From an uncultured Candidatus Rokubacteria bacterium (GTDB lineage: Bacteria; Methylomirabilota; Methylomirabilia; Rokubacteriales; CSP1-6), in NCBI GenBank assembly GCA_963754315.1, contig CAVWFS010000008.1:448001-512000 (forward strand): a stretch of DNA of 64,000 bases, read 5' to 3'. Below the pieces are notes generated by a model that worked only from the letters and a program-made list of their open reading frames with translations, did no database searches and had not been told where the DNA came from. The position numbers and the translations under genes were made by a program. Shown one piece after another: positions 27,247-37,167 of this stretch. How positions within the stretch are numbered: position 1 is the stretch's first letter; the number at the start of each line of letters is the position of its first letter.

Positions 27247-29331
27247 GTGGCGGCTGAGTGGAATCTGGCGGTTGACATCGGAGGAACGTTCACCGACGTC
27301 GTGCTCCTCGACACACACGGGACCGGCACCGTGGTGGAGAAGGTTCTGACCACCCCGAAGGAGCCGGCGGCTGGTGTCCTCGACGCCGTGCGGCGAGCCC
27401 TCGCCAGAGCGGGCGTGGCGGCGCGCCACGTACGCTACGTCATCCACGGCACGACCCTCGTCACCAATGCGCTCATCGAGCGCAAGGGCGCGACGACCGG
27501 ACTCATCACCACGGCCGGCCACGAGGACGCGCTCGAGATCGGGCGGGAGACGCGTTACGACGCCTACGACCTGGCGCTCGAGAAACCCGACCCACTCGTG
27601 CCGCCTCCGCTGCGCCTCGGCCTGAGCGCCCGCCTCATGGCGGATGGCCACGAGCGCACGCCGCTCTCGCTCGCCGAGGTGGACGATCTCCTCCCACGGC
27701 TTCGCGCCGAGGGAGTGCAGGCGGTGGCGGTGAGCTTGCTTCACGCCTACCGCAACCCGGCTCACGAACGGGCCGTGCACGCTCATCTGGCCGAGCGCGC
27801 TCCGGATCTTCGGGTCTCGCTCTCGTCGGTGGTCTCACCCGAAATCCGCGAGTACGAGCGCACGTCCACCACCGTGGCCAACGCCTACGTCCTCGGCGTC
27901 GTCGAAGCCTATCTGCGCTCTCTCACCGATCTCCTGCGGGCCGAGGGCTTCGCTGGCCAGCTCCTTCTCATGCTCTCGAGTGGCGGTACCTGCACGGTCG
28001 AGACGGCCTGCCACGTCCCGATTCGACTGGTGGAGTCCGGTCCCGCCGGCGGAGCCATGGCGGCCGCCCACCATGCCCGGGCCAGCGGCGCCCGACGAAT
28101 CATGGCCTTCGACATGGGTGGCACCACCGCCAAGATCTGCCTGATCGACGACGGCGAGCCGCAGATCACCCGTGAGTTCGAGGTCGCGCGCGTGTGGCGC
28201 TTCAAACGTGGTAGCGGGCTCCCGCTGCTGGTGCCGGTGGTCGAGCTCATCGAGATCGGCGCCGGCGGCGGCTCGATCGCCCACATTGACCGCATGGGAC
28301 TGCCCAAGGTAGGGCCCGAGAGCGCCGGCTCCGATCCGGGGCCAGCGTGCTACGGCCGCGGAGGAGAGCGACCCACGGTGACGGACGCCAATCTCGTTCT
28401 CGGCTATCTCGATCCGGACTACTTTCTCGGCGGCGCCATGTCGCTCGATCGACGGGCGGCCGAGGCAGCCATCCGACGACACGTGGCGGAGCCTCTTCGC
28501 CTCTCGCTCGAGGACGCTGCCTTCGGTATCCACGCGATCGTGACCGAGAACATGGCCAACGCCGCCCTCATGCACGCCGTAGAGCGCGGCAAGGAGATCG
28601 CCGCCTACGACCTGTACGCATTCGGCGGCGCGGCGCCCATGCACGTCTGCCCCCTTGCCGACCGCCTGGGCGCGGCCACGGTTGTCGTTCCCCCAGGCGC
28701 CGGCGTCCGCTCCTGCTTCGGCTTTCTTGCCTCACCCCTGGCTTTCGAAGTGACACGCTCGCGCGGTGTCCGCCTGGAGCAGATCGATTTCGACGAGATC
28801 GCCGCCATCCTCGATGCGCTCGAGATCGAGGCCCGCGCGCCGCTGGCCCTGGCTGGTGTCATGGATAGCGCGGTGACTGTGCGGCGCTTCGTCGAGATGC
28901 GCTACCGCGGTCAGGGATATGAGGTCGACGTTCCCGTGCCGTCTGGCCGCCCGGACCTCGCCTGGCTCGCCGCCCTCACGGCGGCCTTCGAGCGTGTCTA
29001 TCGCGCGTACTATCGTCACGTCCCGTCCGGGTTGCCCATGGAAGCGGTGACCTGGCGCGTGCGCGCGCAGTCGCCAGTCCCGTCGTTACCTCCGCCGCGA
29101 GCACCAGGCGGAGACGCGCCTTCTCCGAAGGGAGAGCGATCGGTCTGGCTCGGTGCCGAGAGCGGGTTCGAGCGAGCGGCCGTCTGGAACCGCTACGCGC
29201 TCGGCCCCGGCTGGCGGAGTCATGGCCCCACCGTGATCGAGGAGATCGAATCCACCACCATTGTCACCCCGGCCTTCGACGTTGCCGTCGACGCCGCCCT
29301 CAATCTCGTGCTTACCCGGAGGCAGGTATGA
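27247..29331 (+). CDS. Hydantoinase/oxoprolinase subunit A (HyuA-like)
   Basis: VDIGGTFTD, HGTTLVTNAL, ESGPAGG, DMGGTTAK, IGAGGGSIA, GPESAGSDPGPACYG. Confidence 0.93.
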   Translation: MAAEWNLAVDIGGTFTDVVLLDTHGTGTVVEKVLTTPKEPAAGVLDAVRRALARAGVAARHVRYVIHGTTLVTNALIERKGATTGLITTAGHEDALEIGRETRYDAYDLALEKPDPLVPPPLRLGLSARLMADGHERTPLSLAEVDDLLPRLRAEGVQAVAVSLLHAYRNPAHERAVHAHLAERAPDLRVSLSSVVSPEIREYERTSTTVANAYVLGVVEAYLRSLTDLLRAEGFAGQLLLMLSSGGTCTVETACHVPIRLVESGPAGGAMAAAHHARASGARRIMAFDMGGTTAKICLIDDGEPQITREFEVARVWRFKRGSGLPLLVPVVELIEIGAGGGSIAHIDRMGLPKVGPESAGSDPGPACYGRGGERPTVTDANLVLGYLDPDYFLGGAMSLDRRAAEAAIRRHVAEPLRLSLEDAAFGIHAIVTENMANAALMHAVERGKEIAAYDLYAFGGAAPMHVCPLADRLGAATVVVPPGAGVRSCFGFLASPLAFEVTRSRGVRLEQIDFDEIAAILDALEIEARAPLALAGVMDSAVTVRRFVEMRYRGQGYEVDVPVPSGRPDLAWLAALTAAFERVYRAYYRHVPSGLPMEAVTWRVRAQSPVPSLPPPRAPGGDAPSPKGERSVWLGAESGFERAAVWNRYALGPGWRSHGPTVIEEIESTTIVTPAFDVAVDAALNLVLTRRQV

Positions 29332-30974
29332 AGGCGCGGGCATCCGATCCTGTCTTCGTCGAAGTAGCGTGGAATCGTCTCATCGCGGTCGTCGAGCAGG
29401 AGGCGCAGGCGTTGCTGCGCACGGCGTTTACCAATATCGTGCGCGAGTCTGGCGACCTCTCGGCAGGAGTGTTCGACCTCCAGGGCCGTATGGTGGCGCA
29501 GGCGATCACCGGTACTCCCGGCCACATCAACTCCATGGCCCTGGCCGTACACCACGTGCTGCGCGCCCTGCCCCCGTCGACGCTCGGACCGGGCGACGTG
29601 CTGGCCACCAACGACCCGTGGCTGGCCTCCGGCCACCTGAACGACATCACCGTGGTGACGCCCGTCTTCCACCGAGGGCGTCTGGTGGGTTACACCGCGA
29701 GCACCTGCCACGCCATGGACATCGGAGGCCGGGGCATCACGGTTGACGCGCTGGACTGTTACGAGGAAGGCTTTCTGCTTCCCCCCTGTCACCTCTACAT
29801 CGCCGGTCGTCCCCAGCAGGTCCTGGATCTGCTCGCCGCCAACGTGCGCGCGCCCGAGGCGGTGATGGGCGACTTGCACGCCCAGGTCAGCGGCAATGCC
29901 GTCGGTGCCCACCGTCTGATGGAGATGCTAGAGGAGTTCGATCTCGAGGACATCGAGGAGCTCGCCGCCGCGATCCTGGACCGGAGCGAAGCGGGTATGC
30001 GAACAGCCATCGCCGAGATCCCGGACGGCGAGTATCGCTCCGAGCTACGCCTGGACGGGTTCGAGGATCCCGTCGTCATCCGCACCCGCGTGATCGTGGA
30101 CGGCACGGTCCTCACCGTGGATTTCGCTGGTTCTTCAGCGGCGTCGAAGCGAGCGATCAACGTCGTGCTGAACTACACGAAGGCCTATACCACCTACGGG
30201 GTGAAGTGCGTCGTAGCCCCGCACGTGCCGAACAACGCCGGATCGTTCCGACCCGTCACCATCGTCGCTCCCGAGGGCTCGCTCCTCAATGCAATGCGGC
30301 CGGCCCCGGTAGCCAGCCGCCACCTGATCGGGCTCTTTCTTCCCGATGCCGTCATGGGGGCGCTCGCCCACGCCGTACCGGATCGGGTCATCGCCGAGTC
30401 GTCGTCGTGTCTCTGGACACTGGACGTGCGTGGCCGCGACCGCAATCGTCGCCCTTTCCGTGAGTTCATGGCCACCGGCGGGGGCATGGGCGCCCGGCCC
30501 GCCAAGGACGGCCTCAACGCCACCCAGTTTCCGTCCACGATACGCGGCGTCCCCGCCGAGGTGGTGGAGACGACCTCTCCCCTGGTGATTCATCGCCGCG
30601 CCTTGGCGCCCGATAGTGGCGGCCCTGGTCGCCATCGCGGTGGACTCGGGATGGTCGTCGAGTTCGGGATCGAGACCGACGAGGACTGGCTCTTCACCGC
30701 CTCGTTCGAGCGCGCCCGCATCCCCTGCCAGGGGCTGCTCGGTGGCTACCCCGCTGCCCCCGGTCGGGTGGAGACGGCCGATGGGCGCGCACTGGCGCCC
30801 AAGGCACAGCACTGGATGCGACCCGGCGAGCGGGTGGTCCTGCACACACCAGGCGGCGGCGGCTACGGAGAGCCGCGCGAGCGCGACCCTGCGCGGGTCG
30901 CGGCCGACGTCGTGGCGGGCCGCGTGTCGTCCACGGCTGCGGCAGAGGTCTACGGATTGGCTGGATCCTCATGA
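29328..30974 (+). CDS. Hydantoinase B/oxoprolinase subunit (HyuB-like)
   Basis: NDPW...HLND, H.MDIGG, EEG, DSGGPGRHRGG, TPGGGGYG. Confidence 0.93.
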   Translation: MKARASDPVFVEVAWNRLIAVVEQEAQALLRTAFTNIVRESGDLSAGVFDLQGRMVAQAITGTPGHINSMALAVHHVLRALPPSTLGPGDVLATNDPWLASGHLNDITVVTPVFHRGRLVGYTASTCHAMDIGGRGITVDALDCYEEGFLLPPCHLYIAGRPQQVLDLLAANVRAPEAVMGDLHAQVSGNAVGAHRLMEMLEEFDLEDIEELAAAILDRSEAGMRTAIAEIPDGEYRSELRLDGFEDPVVIRTRVIVDGTVLTVDFAGSSAASKRAINVVLNYTKAYTTYGVKCVVAPHVPNNAGSFRPVTIVAPEGSLLNAMRPAPVASRHLIGLFLPDAVMGALAHAVPDRVIAESSSCLWTLDVRGRDRNRRPFREFMATGGGMGARPAKDGLNATQFPSTIRGVPAEVVETTSPLVIHRRALAPDSGGPGRHRGGLGMVVEFGIETDEDWLFTASFERARIPCQGLLGGYPAAPGRVETADGRALAPKAQHWMRPGERVVLHTPGGGGYGEPRERDPARVAADVVAGRVSSTAAAEVYGLAGSS

Positions 30975-32203
30975 TCGTCATCGTTGGCGGCGGCGTGGTA
31001 GGGGTGTGCTCGGCGTACTATCTTGCGCGGCGCGGGCTCAGTGTGACGCTCGTCGAGAAGGGCGACATCGCGGCGGGTAGCTCGTACGGCAACGCCGGCC
31101 TGATCGTGCCGAGCCACAGTGTCCCTTTGGCGGCGCCAGGCGTGCTACGGCAGGGCCTGCGCTGGATGCTCGACACCGAAAGCCCCTTCTACATCCGACC
31201 GCGTCCGAGCCGTGCGCTGGTCCGCTGGCTCCTGAGATTCCGCCGTGCATGCACGGCGGACCACGTCCGGCGAAGCATTCCGGTCATCCGCGACCTGAGC
31301 CGCGCGAGCCTCGATCTCTATCGGGAACTGGCGGATCTGCCCGGTCTCGAGTTCGGGTTCCGTCAGGACGGTGTACTCGCGGTCTTTCGCACGGCGGCTG
31401 GCCTCCAGCACGGCCGTCAGGAGGCAGCCGTCTTGGAAGGGGCAGGGATTGCGACAAAGGTGCTCGATGCCGAAAGCGCCCGGGCATTGGAACCGGCGCT
31501 CCGTGCGGATCTTGCGGGCGGTGTGCACTTTCCCGACGATGCTCACCTCACGCCCGATCGCTTCGTGCGAGGTCTCGCGCGCGTGGCGGAAGGGTTGGGT
31601 GTGCACGTGCTCACGCACACGGAAGTCCTGGGCTTCACGCGACGAGGGGGCCGCATCGCCACCGTCGAGACGACGCGGGGGGATCTCGCCGCTGACCAGG
31701 TCGTGCTGGCCGCGGGCTCATGGTCGGGCCATGTCGCGGCTGGCCTGGGGCTTGATCTGCCCATCGAGGCAGCGAAAGGCTACAGTGTCACGTGCGAGCT
31801 GCCCCCATCCGGTCCACGGATTCCCCTGCTCCTCGGAGAGTCCCGGGTGGCTGTCACCCCGATGGGCGAAACGCTCCGATTCGCGGGGACGCTCGAGCTG
31901 GCCGGTCTCGACCTCACCATCAATCGCCGGCGCGTGGCAGCCATCCGGCGCGCCGTTCCGCTCTACCTATCCGAGCAACCGTACGCCCTTCGCGAGATCT
32001 GGCGCGGCTTGCGGCCCTGCTCCCCGGACGGGTTACCGTACCTCGGGCGGCCCGCGCGCCACGAGAACCTCATCGTGGCCACCGGGCACGCCATGATCGG
32101 CGTCTCGCTCGGCCCGGTGACGGGGGCGCTCGTCGCGCAGCTGGCGGCGGGCGAGGTGCCCATGCTCGATCTCGGGCCTCTGCGCCCGGAGCGATTCTCG
32201 TGA
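30971..32203 (+). CDS. FAD-dependent D-amino acid dehydrogenase (DadA-like)
   Basis: GGGVVG, SYGNAG, KGYS, W.GLRPCSPDGLP, ATGH. Confidence 0.9.
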   Translation: MIVIVGGGVVGVCSAYYLARRGLSVTLVEKGDIAAGSSYGNAGLIVPSHSVPLAAPGVLRQGLRWMLDTESPFYIRPRPSRALVRWLLRFRRACTADHVRRSIPVIRDLSRASLDLYRELADLPGLEFGFRQDGVLAVFRTAAGLQHGRQEAAVLEGAGIATKVLDAESARALEPALRADLAGGVHFPDDAHLTPDRFVRGLARVAEGLGVHVLTHTEVLGFTRRGGRIATVETTRGDLAADQVVLAAGSWSGHVAAGLGLDLPIEAAKGYSVTCELPPSGPRIPLLLGESRVAVTPMGETLRFAGTLELAGLDLTINRRRVAAIRRAVPLYLSEQPYALREIWRGLRPCSPDGLPYLGRPARHENLIVATGHAMIGVSLGPVTGALVAQLAAGEVPMLDLGPLRPERFS

Positions 32204-32219
32204 GAAGGGGGTAGGAACC

Positions 32220-33830
32220 ATGGCGGCTCGCAGCGGACAGGAATACATCGATTCCCTGAGGAAGCGGGGCCCGCGTGTGTACCTGGGCGGCCGGCGCGTG
32301 GCCGACGTGACCGCCGAGCCACTCTTCCAGGAGCCCATCCGCGCCATAGCCGAGCAGTACGACATGCAGCTCGATCCGGCCTATCAGGCCATCATGACGT
32401 ATCCCTCACCCACCACGGGTGACGCAGTTTCCACGTCGTTTCTCGTTCCCTACACGCGCGACGAGCTCGTGAAGAAGCGTCAGCACTTCAAGCTGCGGGC
32501 AGATCACAACTTCGGCTTCATGGGCCGCGGGCCTGACTTCATGAACCAGTTCGTCACCGGATGGCACCTCATGGCCGATCGGTTCGCCCGCGCGGGGGCA
32601 CGCTTCGGAGACAATGCGACCCGCTACTACGAGCACGTGCGCGAGCACGATCTTTTCCTGACCCACATGCTGATCAACCCCCAGATCGACCGGTCCAAGA
32701 CCTCCGCCCAGCAGGAGGATCCATTTCTGCACCTGGGCCGGGTGGGGCAGACGGGTGACGGCATCATCGTGCGGGGGGCGAAGATGCTGGGCACCATGGC
32801 GCCGCTCACGGAAGAGGTCGCGGTGATTCCGTTCGGCGGCGTTCCCGCCGGGGACGACGCCTACGCGCTGGTCTTCGCTATTCCCACCAACACGCCTGGT
32901 CTCACGTTCATCTGTCGGGAGACGGTAGCCCCCCTTCCCCGATCGCGCTTTGACCATCCGCTCAGCTCGCGCTTCGAGGAGATGGACTGCATCGCCGTTT
33001 TCGAGGACGTGCTCGTCCCCTGGGAGCGGGTTATGGTGGATGGCAGCGCGGGCAGCGGCGAGATCATCAATACCTTGGGGGCCGACTTCAACGCGCTCCT
33101 CAATGTGCAGACATCGGCCCGGATGCTGAGCCAACTCGAGTTCTTCTGCGGGCTGGCCATGAAAGTGGCGGACGCGATCGGGATCACTGGCTTCCTGCAC
33201 GTCCAGGAAAAACTGGGGGAAATGCTGAGTCACATGGAGGTGGCGCGGGCGGTCTTCTACGGGTCCGAGGCGATGGCTCAGCAGATGCCCAACGGCGTCT
33301 GGGTGCCGGGCGGGCATGGCCTGCGCGCGTTCCACCTCCAGACCGGGCGGATCTACAGCCGATTCGTGGAGATCGTGCAGACCTTGGCCGCCGGCGGCTT
33401 TTTCTACGCGCCGACCGAGGCCGACATGGCCAGCGCGGAGGTGCGTCCGCTCATCGATCGTTACGTGCGCGGGCGCGAGGGCATCCCCGCCGAGGAGCGC
33501 ATCGCGCTCTTCAAATTGGCGTGGGACGTCACGGGAGAGACGTTCGCCCAGCGCATGGCCCAGTACGTGCGCTTCTACTCCGGCGACCCTATTCGACTCA
33601 CCGCCGGGTTCTTCACGCAGTACGACAAGGCCCCGCTCTTCGACATCGTGGAGCGGGCGCTCGGCCGTCAGCCTGGCACGCCCCTGCCGATCTCACCCGC
33701 GAATCCGGGCGCGCCCATTCCCTACCGACCGGACACACGGGGTATGGCCGGGACCTACGCATCGACCTCGTTGCCGGTCCACCGTCCGGATCGGGTTGAA
33801 GGTGCCAGCCGATCTCATCGACCGGAGTGA
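32220..33830 (+). CDS. 4-hydroxyphenylacetate 3-hydroxylase family oxygenase component (HpaB-like)
   Basis: MGRGPDF, NPQIDRS, GIIVRGAKMLGT, DHPLSSRFEEMD, LFKLAWD. Confidence 0.9.
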   Translation: MAARSGQEYIDSLRKRGPRVYLGGRRVADVTAEPLFQEPIRAIAEQYDMQLDPAYQAIMTYPSPTTGDAVSTSFLVPYTRDELVKKRQHFKLRADHNFGFMGRGPDFMNQFVTGWHLMADRFARAGARFGDNATRYYEHVREHDLFLTHMLINPQIDRSKTSAQQEDPFLHLGRVGQTGDGIIVRGAKMLGTMAPLTEEVAVIPFGGVPAGDDAYALVFAIPTNTPGLTFICRETVAPLPRSRFDHPLSSRFEEMDCIAVFEDVLVPWERVMVDGSAGSGEIINTLGADFNALLNVQTSARMLSQLEFFCGLAMKVADAIGITGFLHVQEKLGEMLSHMEVARAVFYGSEAMAQQMPNGVWVPGGHGLRAFHLQTGRIYSRFVEIVQTLAAGGFFYAPTEADMASAEVRPLIDRYVRGREGIPAEERIALFKLAWDVTGETFAQRMAQYVRFYSGDPIRLTAGFFTQYDKAPLFDIVERALGRQPGTPLPISPANPGAPIPYRPDTRGMAGTYASTSLPVHRPDRVEGASRSHRPE

Positions 33831-33833
33831 GCC

Positions 33834-34919
33834 ATGGACCGAGTGCGTCTCGCCATCGTCGGGTGCGGCAACATCTGCCAGCTCAACGCGCCCGGGTACC
33901 TCGAGCACCCGCGCTGTGACGTCGTCGCCCTGTGTGATACTGACCGAAGGCGTGCCGAGCAGCGAGCCCGCCAGTGGGCCATCACGCCCCGGATCTACAC
34001 GGACTACGCGCAGCTCCTCGACGACCGCACCGTGGACGCCGTCGAGCTGTTGACCCCCACCTATCTGCATGCCGAGCAGGTCGTGGGGGCCCTCGCCGCC
34101 GGCAAGCACGTCTCCTGTCAGAAACCGATCGCGGTGAACGTGGCCGAGGCCGATCGAATCGTGGCGGCCGCGGCCCGAGCGCGCACGACGTTTCGGGTGA
34201 CCGAGAATTTTCTCTACTACCCGCCGATCGTGAAGGCGAAGGAACTGCTCGACGCGGGGGCCATCGGCGAGCCCTCACTCGTGCGCATCCATACCACCCG
34301 CGTGCGCGACATCGTCGGGCAGACCATGGCCCTGGACCCGGAAGCCCTGGTCTGGCGACGCGATCCTGGCCGGAACCCCGGCGGCGCGCTCTACGACGAC
34401 GGAGTCCACAAGTACGCGACCGCCATGTACTGGATCGGCGACATCGGCGCGATCTCGGCCATCGTCAGCCGCGGTTCGGACTTCCTGCAGGAGGCTCCGA
34501 GCGTGGCCACCTGGCGATTCAAGGACCGCGAGTGCCTGGGCATCATCGACTACACTTACGCCCCGGACATGACGATCCGAAGCCGCTACTACCGCGCCGA
34601 CGAGTTCTTCGAGATCCACGGCTCACGCGGGATCCTGTGGGTCACGCGGTGTACCGGCGAGATGCTCGATCTGCCGCCGGTCGTGCTCATCAAGGGCACC
34701 GAGACCACGAGCTATCAGGTGCCCACGGACTGGCGCACGGGCTTCGACGGGGCGGCCTGCGACTTCGTCGACGGGCTGCTCGAGGGCCGCCAGCCGGCAC
34801 AGGACGCGGCCACCGCCAAGAAGGTCCTGCAGGTGCCGCTCGCCATCTATGAGGCCAGCCGCCGCCAGCGCCCGGTGGCGCCGGAGATGATAGGATCCGA
34901 GGCCGGGGGACAGCCATGA
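33834..34919 (+). CDS. Gfo/Idh/MocA family oxidoreductase
   Basis: IVGCGNI, GKHVSCQKP, GGALYDDGVH. Confidence 0.9.
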   Translation: MDRVRLAIVGCGNICQLNAPGYLEHPRCDVVALCDTDRRRAEQRARQWAITPRIYTDYAQLLDDRTVDAVELLTPTYLHAEQVVGALAAGKHVSCQKPIAVNVAEADRIVAAAARARTTFRVTENFLYYPPIVKAKELLDAGAIGEPSLVRIHTTRVRDIVGQTMALDPEALVWRRDPGRNPGGALYDDGVHKYATAMYWIGDIGAISAIVSRGSDFLQEAPSVATWRFKDRECLGIIDYTYAPDMTIRSRYYRADEFFEIHGSRGILWVTRCTGEMLDLPPVVLIKGTETTSYQVPTDWRTGFDGAACDFVDGLLEGRQPAQDAATAKKVLQVPLAIYEASRRQRPVAPEMIGSEAGGQP

Positions 34920-36133
34920 CAGGGAACGGCACGTCGAAGAACATGCGGCTTCTTGGGCACCACGATCTGAGCGGGTTCGGCAACTGCGGGGAAGGCATGG
35001 CCATCCAGATGGCCCGTGATGGCCGGCGGGTGTTGTGGCTCGGCCACGAGTCGGCGCCCAAGAACTTCACGGCCGTCGACGTGAGCGATCCGCGGAAGCC
35101 TTCGGTCATCGTCCAGACAGATCTGCCCCACGGGGATATGCGCTCCAACAACCTGGATCTCGTGGGCGATCTGCTGGTGGTCCCGTACCAGACGGCCCGG
35201 ACTGGCATGAAGCCAGCCGGGGTCGAGTTCTTCGACGTGGCCGATCCGAGTCGGCCGCGCTCCATCGCGTTTTTCGACGCCTCGGGACCCCACTCACGCG
35301 GCGTGCACCATCTGTGGTTCGTCGATGGCGCCTACCTCCACCTGGCGAGCGGGGCGCCGGACTTCAAGCCACGCAACCCGAAGGACGATCAGTTCTATCG
35401 CATCATCGACGTCCGACAGCCCACGCGCCCGGTCGAGGTCGGTCGCTGGTGGCTGCCGGGGACACGCGATGGCGACCCCGAGCCCCCGCCGGCTCGTCAT
35501 CCGAAAATCGATGCCGGATTTCGGGCCCATAACACGAATGTCTATCCGCGGCGGCCCGACCGGGCCTGGATCGGGTACATCGACGGCGGGGCGATCATCC
35601 TCGATATCTCGGACATGGCCCGGCCTCGCCTGCTGAGCCGCTGGGACTATCATCCGCCCTACCCCGGCTTCACTCACACCTTGCTGCCGCTCTTCGACTC
35701 TCAGCTCATGATCGTCTCCGACGAGGCCACCGCGGACGGCGGGAAGGACTGGCCCAAGCTCGTGTGGGTCGTCGACGTGCGTGACGAGACCAATCCGGTT
35801 CCGATTGCCACCTTTCCCTTGCCACCCGTGGGCGAGTTCGCCGGACGGGGAGGGCGCTACGGCGCCCACAACCTGCACGAGAATCGGCCGGTGGCGTCCA
35901 ACCTCGTGTCGGAGACCCTCATCTTCGGGACCTTCTTCAACGGGGGTGTGCGTGTCCACGACGTGTCCGACCCCTTCCGGCCGGAGGAGGTTGCCTACTA
36001 CGTCCCGGACGCGCCGCGCGGGTCGCGGGCGGGGGCGGTGCAGATCAACGACGTGCTCGTGGATGAACGACGGATCGTGTACGCCGTCGATCGGCTCATC
36101 GGGGGCCTGTACCTGCTCGAGCTCGACGTCTGA
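34916..36133 (+). CDS. LVIVD-repeat (beta-propeller) protein
   Basis: Repeated xDVSDPxxP motifs (VDVSDPRKP, FDVADPSRP, IDVRQPTRP, LDISDMARP, HDVSDPFRP); several His motifs. Confidence 0.85.
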   Translation: MTGNGTSKNMRLLGHHDLSGFGNCGEGMAIQMARDGRRVLWLGHESAPKNFTAVDVSDPRKPSVIVQTDLPHGDMRSNNLDLVGDLLVVPYQTARTGMKPAGVEFFDVADPSRPRSIAFFDASGPHSRGVHHLWFVDGAYLHLASGAPDFKPRNPKDDQFYRIIDVRQPTRPVEVGRWWLPGTRDGDPEPPPARHPKIDAGFRAHNTNVYPRRPDRAWIGYIDGGAIILDISDMARPRLLSRWDYHPPYPGFTHTLLPLFDSQLMIVSDEATADGGKDWPKLVWVVDVRDETNPVPIATFPLPPVGEFAGRGGRYGAHNLHENRPVASNLVSETLIFGTFFNGGVRVHDVSDPFRPEEVAYYVPDAPRGSRAGAVQINDVLVDERRIVYAVDRLIGGLYLLELDV

Positions 36134-36157
36134 CCGATCTGGCGCCGCGACGCGTTG

Positions 36158-37144
36158 TCAGTCGGCGCCGACGTCGACGACGATGTTGCCGGCGATCTTT
36201 CCGCTCTCCTGCGCCTGATGCGCCTCGACGATCCGGTCGAGCGTGAACCGCGCACCGATCTGGTGGATGAGCCGGCCGGCCTCGACGAGACGCCCGATGT
36301 CTCGGGCCGCCTCCTCCTTGGCGCGAGCGGGCATGGTGTAGATCAGCACCGGCCGGATCGTCGCGTTCTTGGCCATCAACGCGTAGAAGGGCAGCTTGGG
36401 CTCGGGGTCACCCATGGAGGCGTAGGTCGCGATGGTGCCGTTGACCTTCAGCACCTTGACGCTCACCGGCAGGTTCGAGCCGAAGTCGACCTCGACGATC
36501 CGATCGACCCCCGCCCCGCCCGTGAGCTCGAGAATCAGGGCCGCTGCGTCCTCGGTCCGGTAGTTCACCAGGTGATCAGCGCCCGCTTCGGCGGCCAAGA
36601 CCGCTTTTTCCTTCGAGCTGACGGTGGCGATGACCTTCGCTCCACCCCATTTTGCGAGCTGCACGGCGTAGTGGCCGACAGCGCCTGCTCCGCCCGTCAC
36701 GAGGACCGTCTGTCCCTCCAGCCCTCCGTCGGCGAAGAGACAGCGATGCGCGGTGACGGCGGGGATGCCCAGGCACGCGCCCTCCGAGAAACTTGTGTTC
36801 GACGGCAAGGTCACGGCGAGGGAGGCGGGAACGACCGTGTGCTCGGCGGCCGTCCCCCACGGGCGCTGCCACTGAACGATGAACATCCACACCCGTTCGC
36901 CCACCCGGGAAGCGGGCACCCCGGCTCCCACCTCCTCGATGACGCCGGCGCCGTCCTGGTGGGGCACGACGCGGGGGAAGCCCATTGGGCGCGAGCCGGC
37001 CCGCGACTTCACATCAGTGGGATTGAGGCCGGAGGCGACGACACGCACTCGCACCTCGCCCGGCCCCGGCTCGGGGACGGGAAGTTCCCCGACCTTCAGC
37101 ACGTCTGCCGCCGCACCGTTCTTCTCGTACCAGGCTGCGCGCAT
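36158..37144 (-). CDS. NADPH:quinone oxidoreductase (MDR, zeta-crystallin-like)
   Basis: GLNPTD, PHQDGAG, GGAGAVG; AAGGAGG RBS before ATG 37144. Confidence 0.9.
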   Translation of the reverse strand: MRAAWYEKNGAAADVLKVGELPVPEPGPGEVRVRVVASGLNPTDVKSRAGSRPMGFPRVVPHQDGAGVIEEVGAGVPASRVGERVWMFIVQWQRPWGTAAEHTVVPASLAVTLPSNTSFSEGACLGIPAVTAHRCLFADGGLEGQTVLVTGGAGAVGHYAVQLAKWGGAKVIATVSSKEKAVLAAEAGADHLVNYRTEDAAALILELTGGAGVDRIVEVDFGSNLPVSVKVLKVNGTIATYASMGDPEPKLPFYALMAKNATIRPVLIYTMPARAKEEAARDIGRLVEAGRLIHQIGARFTLDRIVEAHQAQESGKIAGNIVVDVGAD

Positions 37145-37167
37145 ACCGCCTCCTTCTTTGTCGAGTC

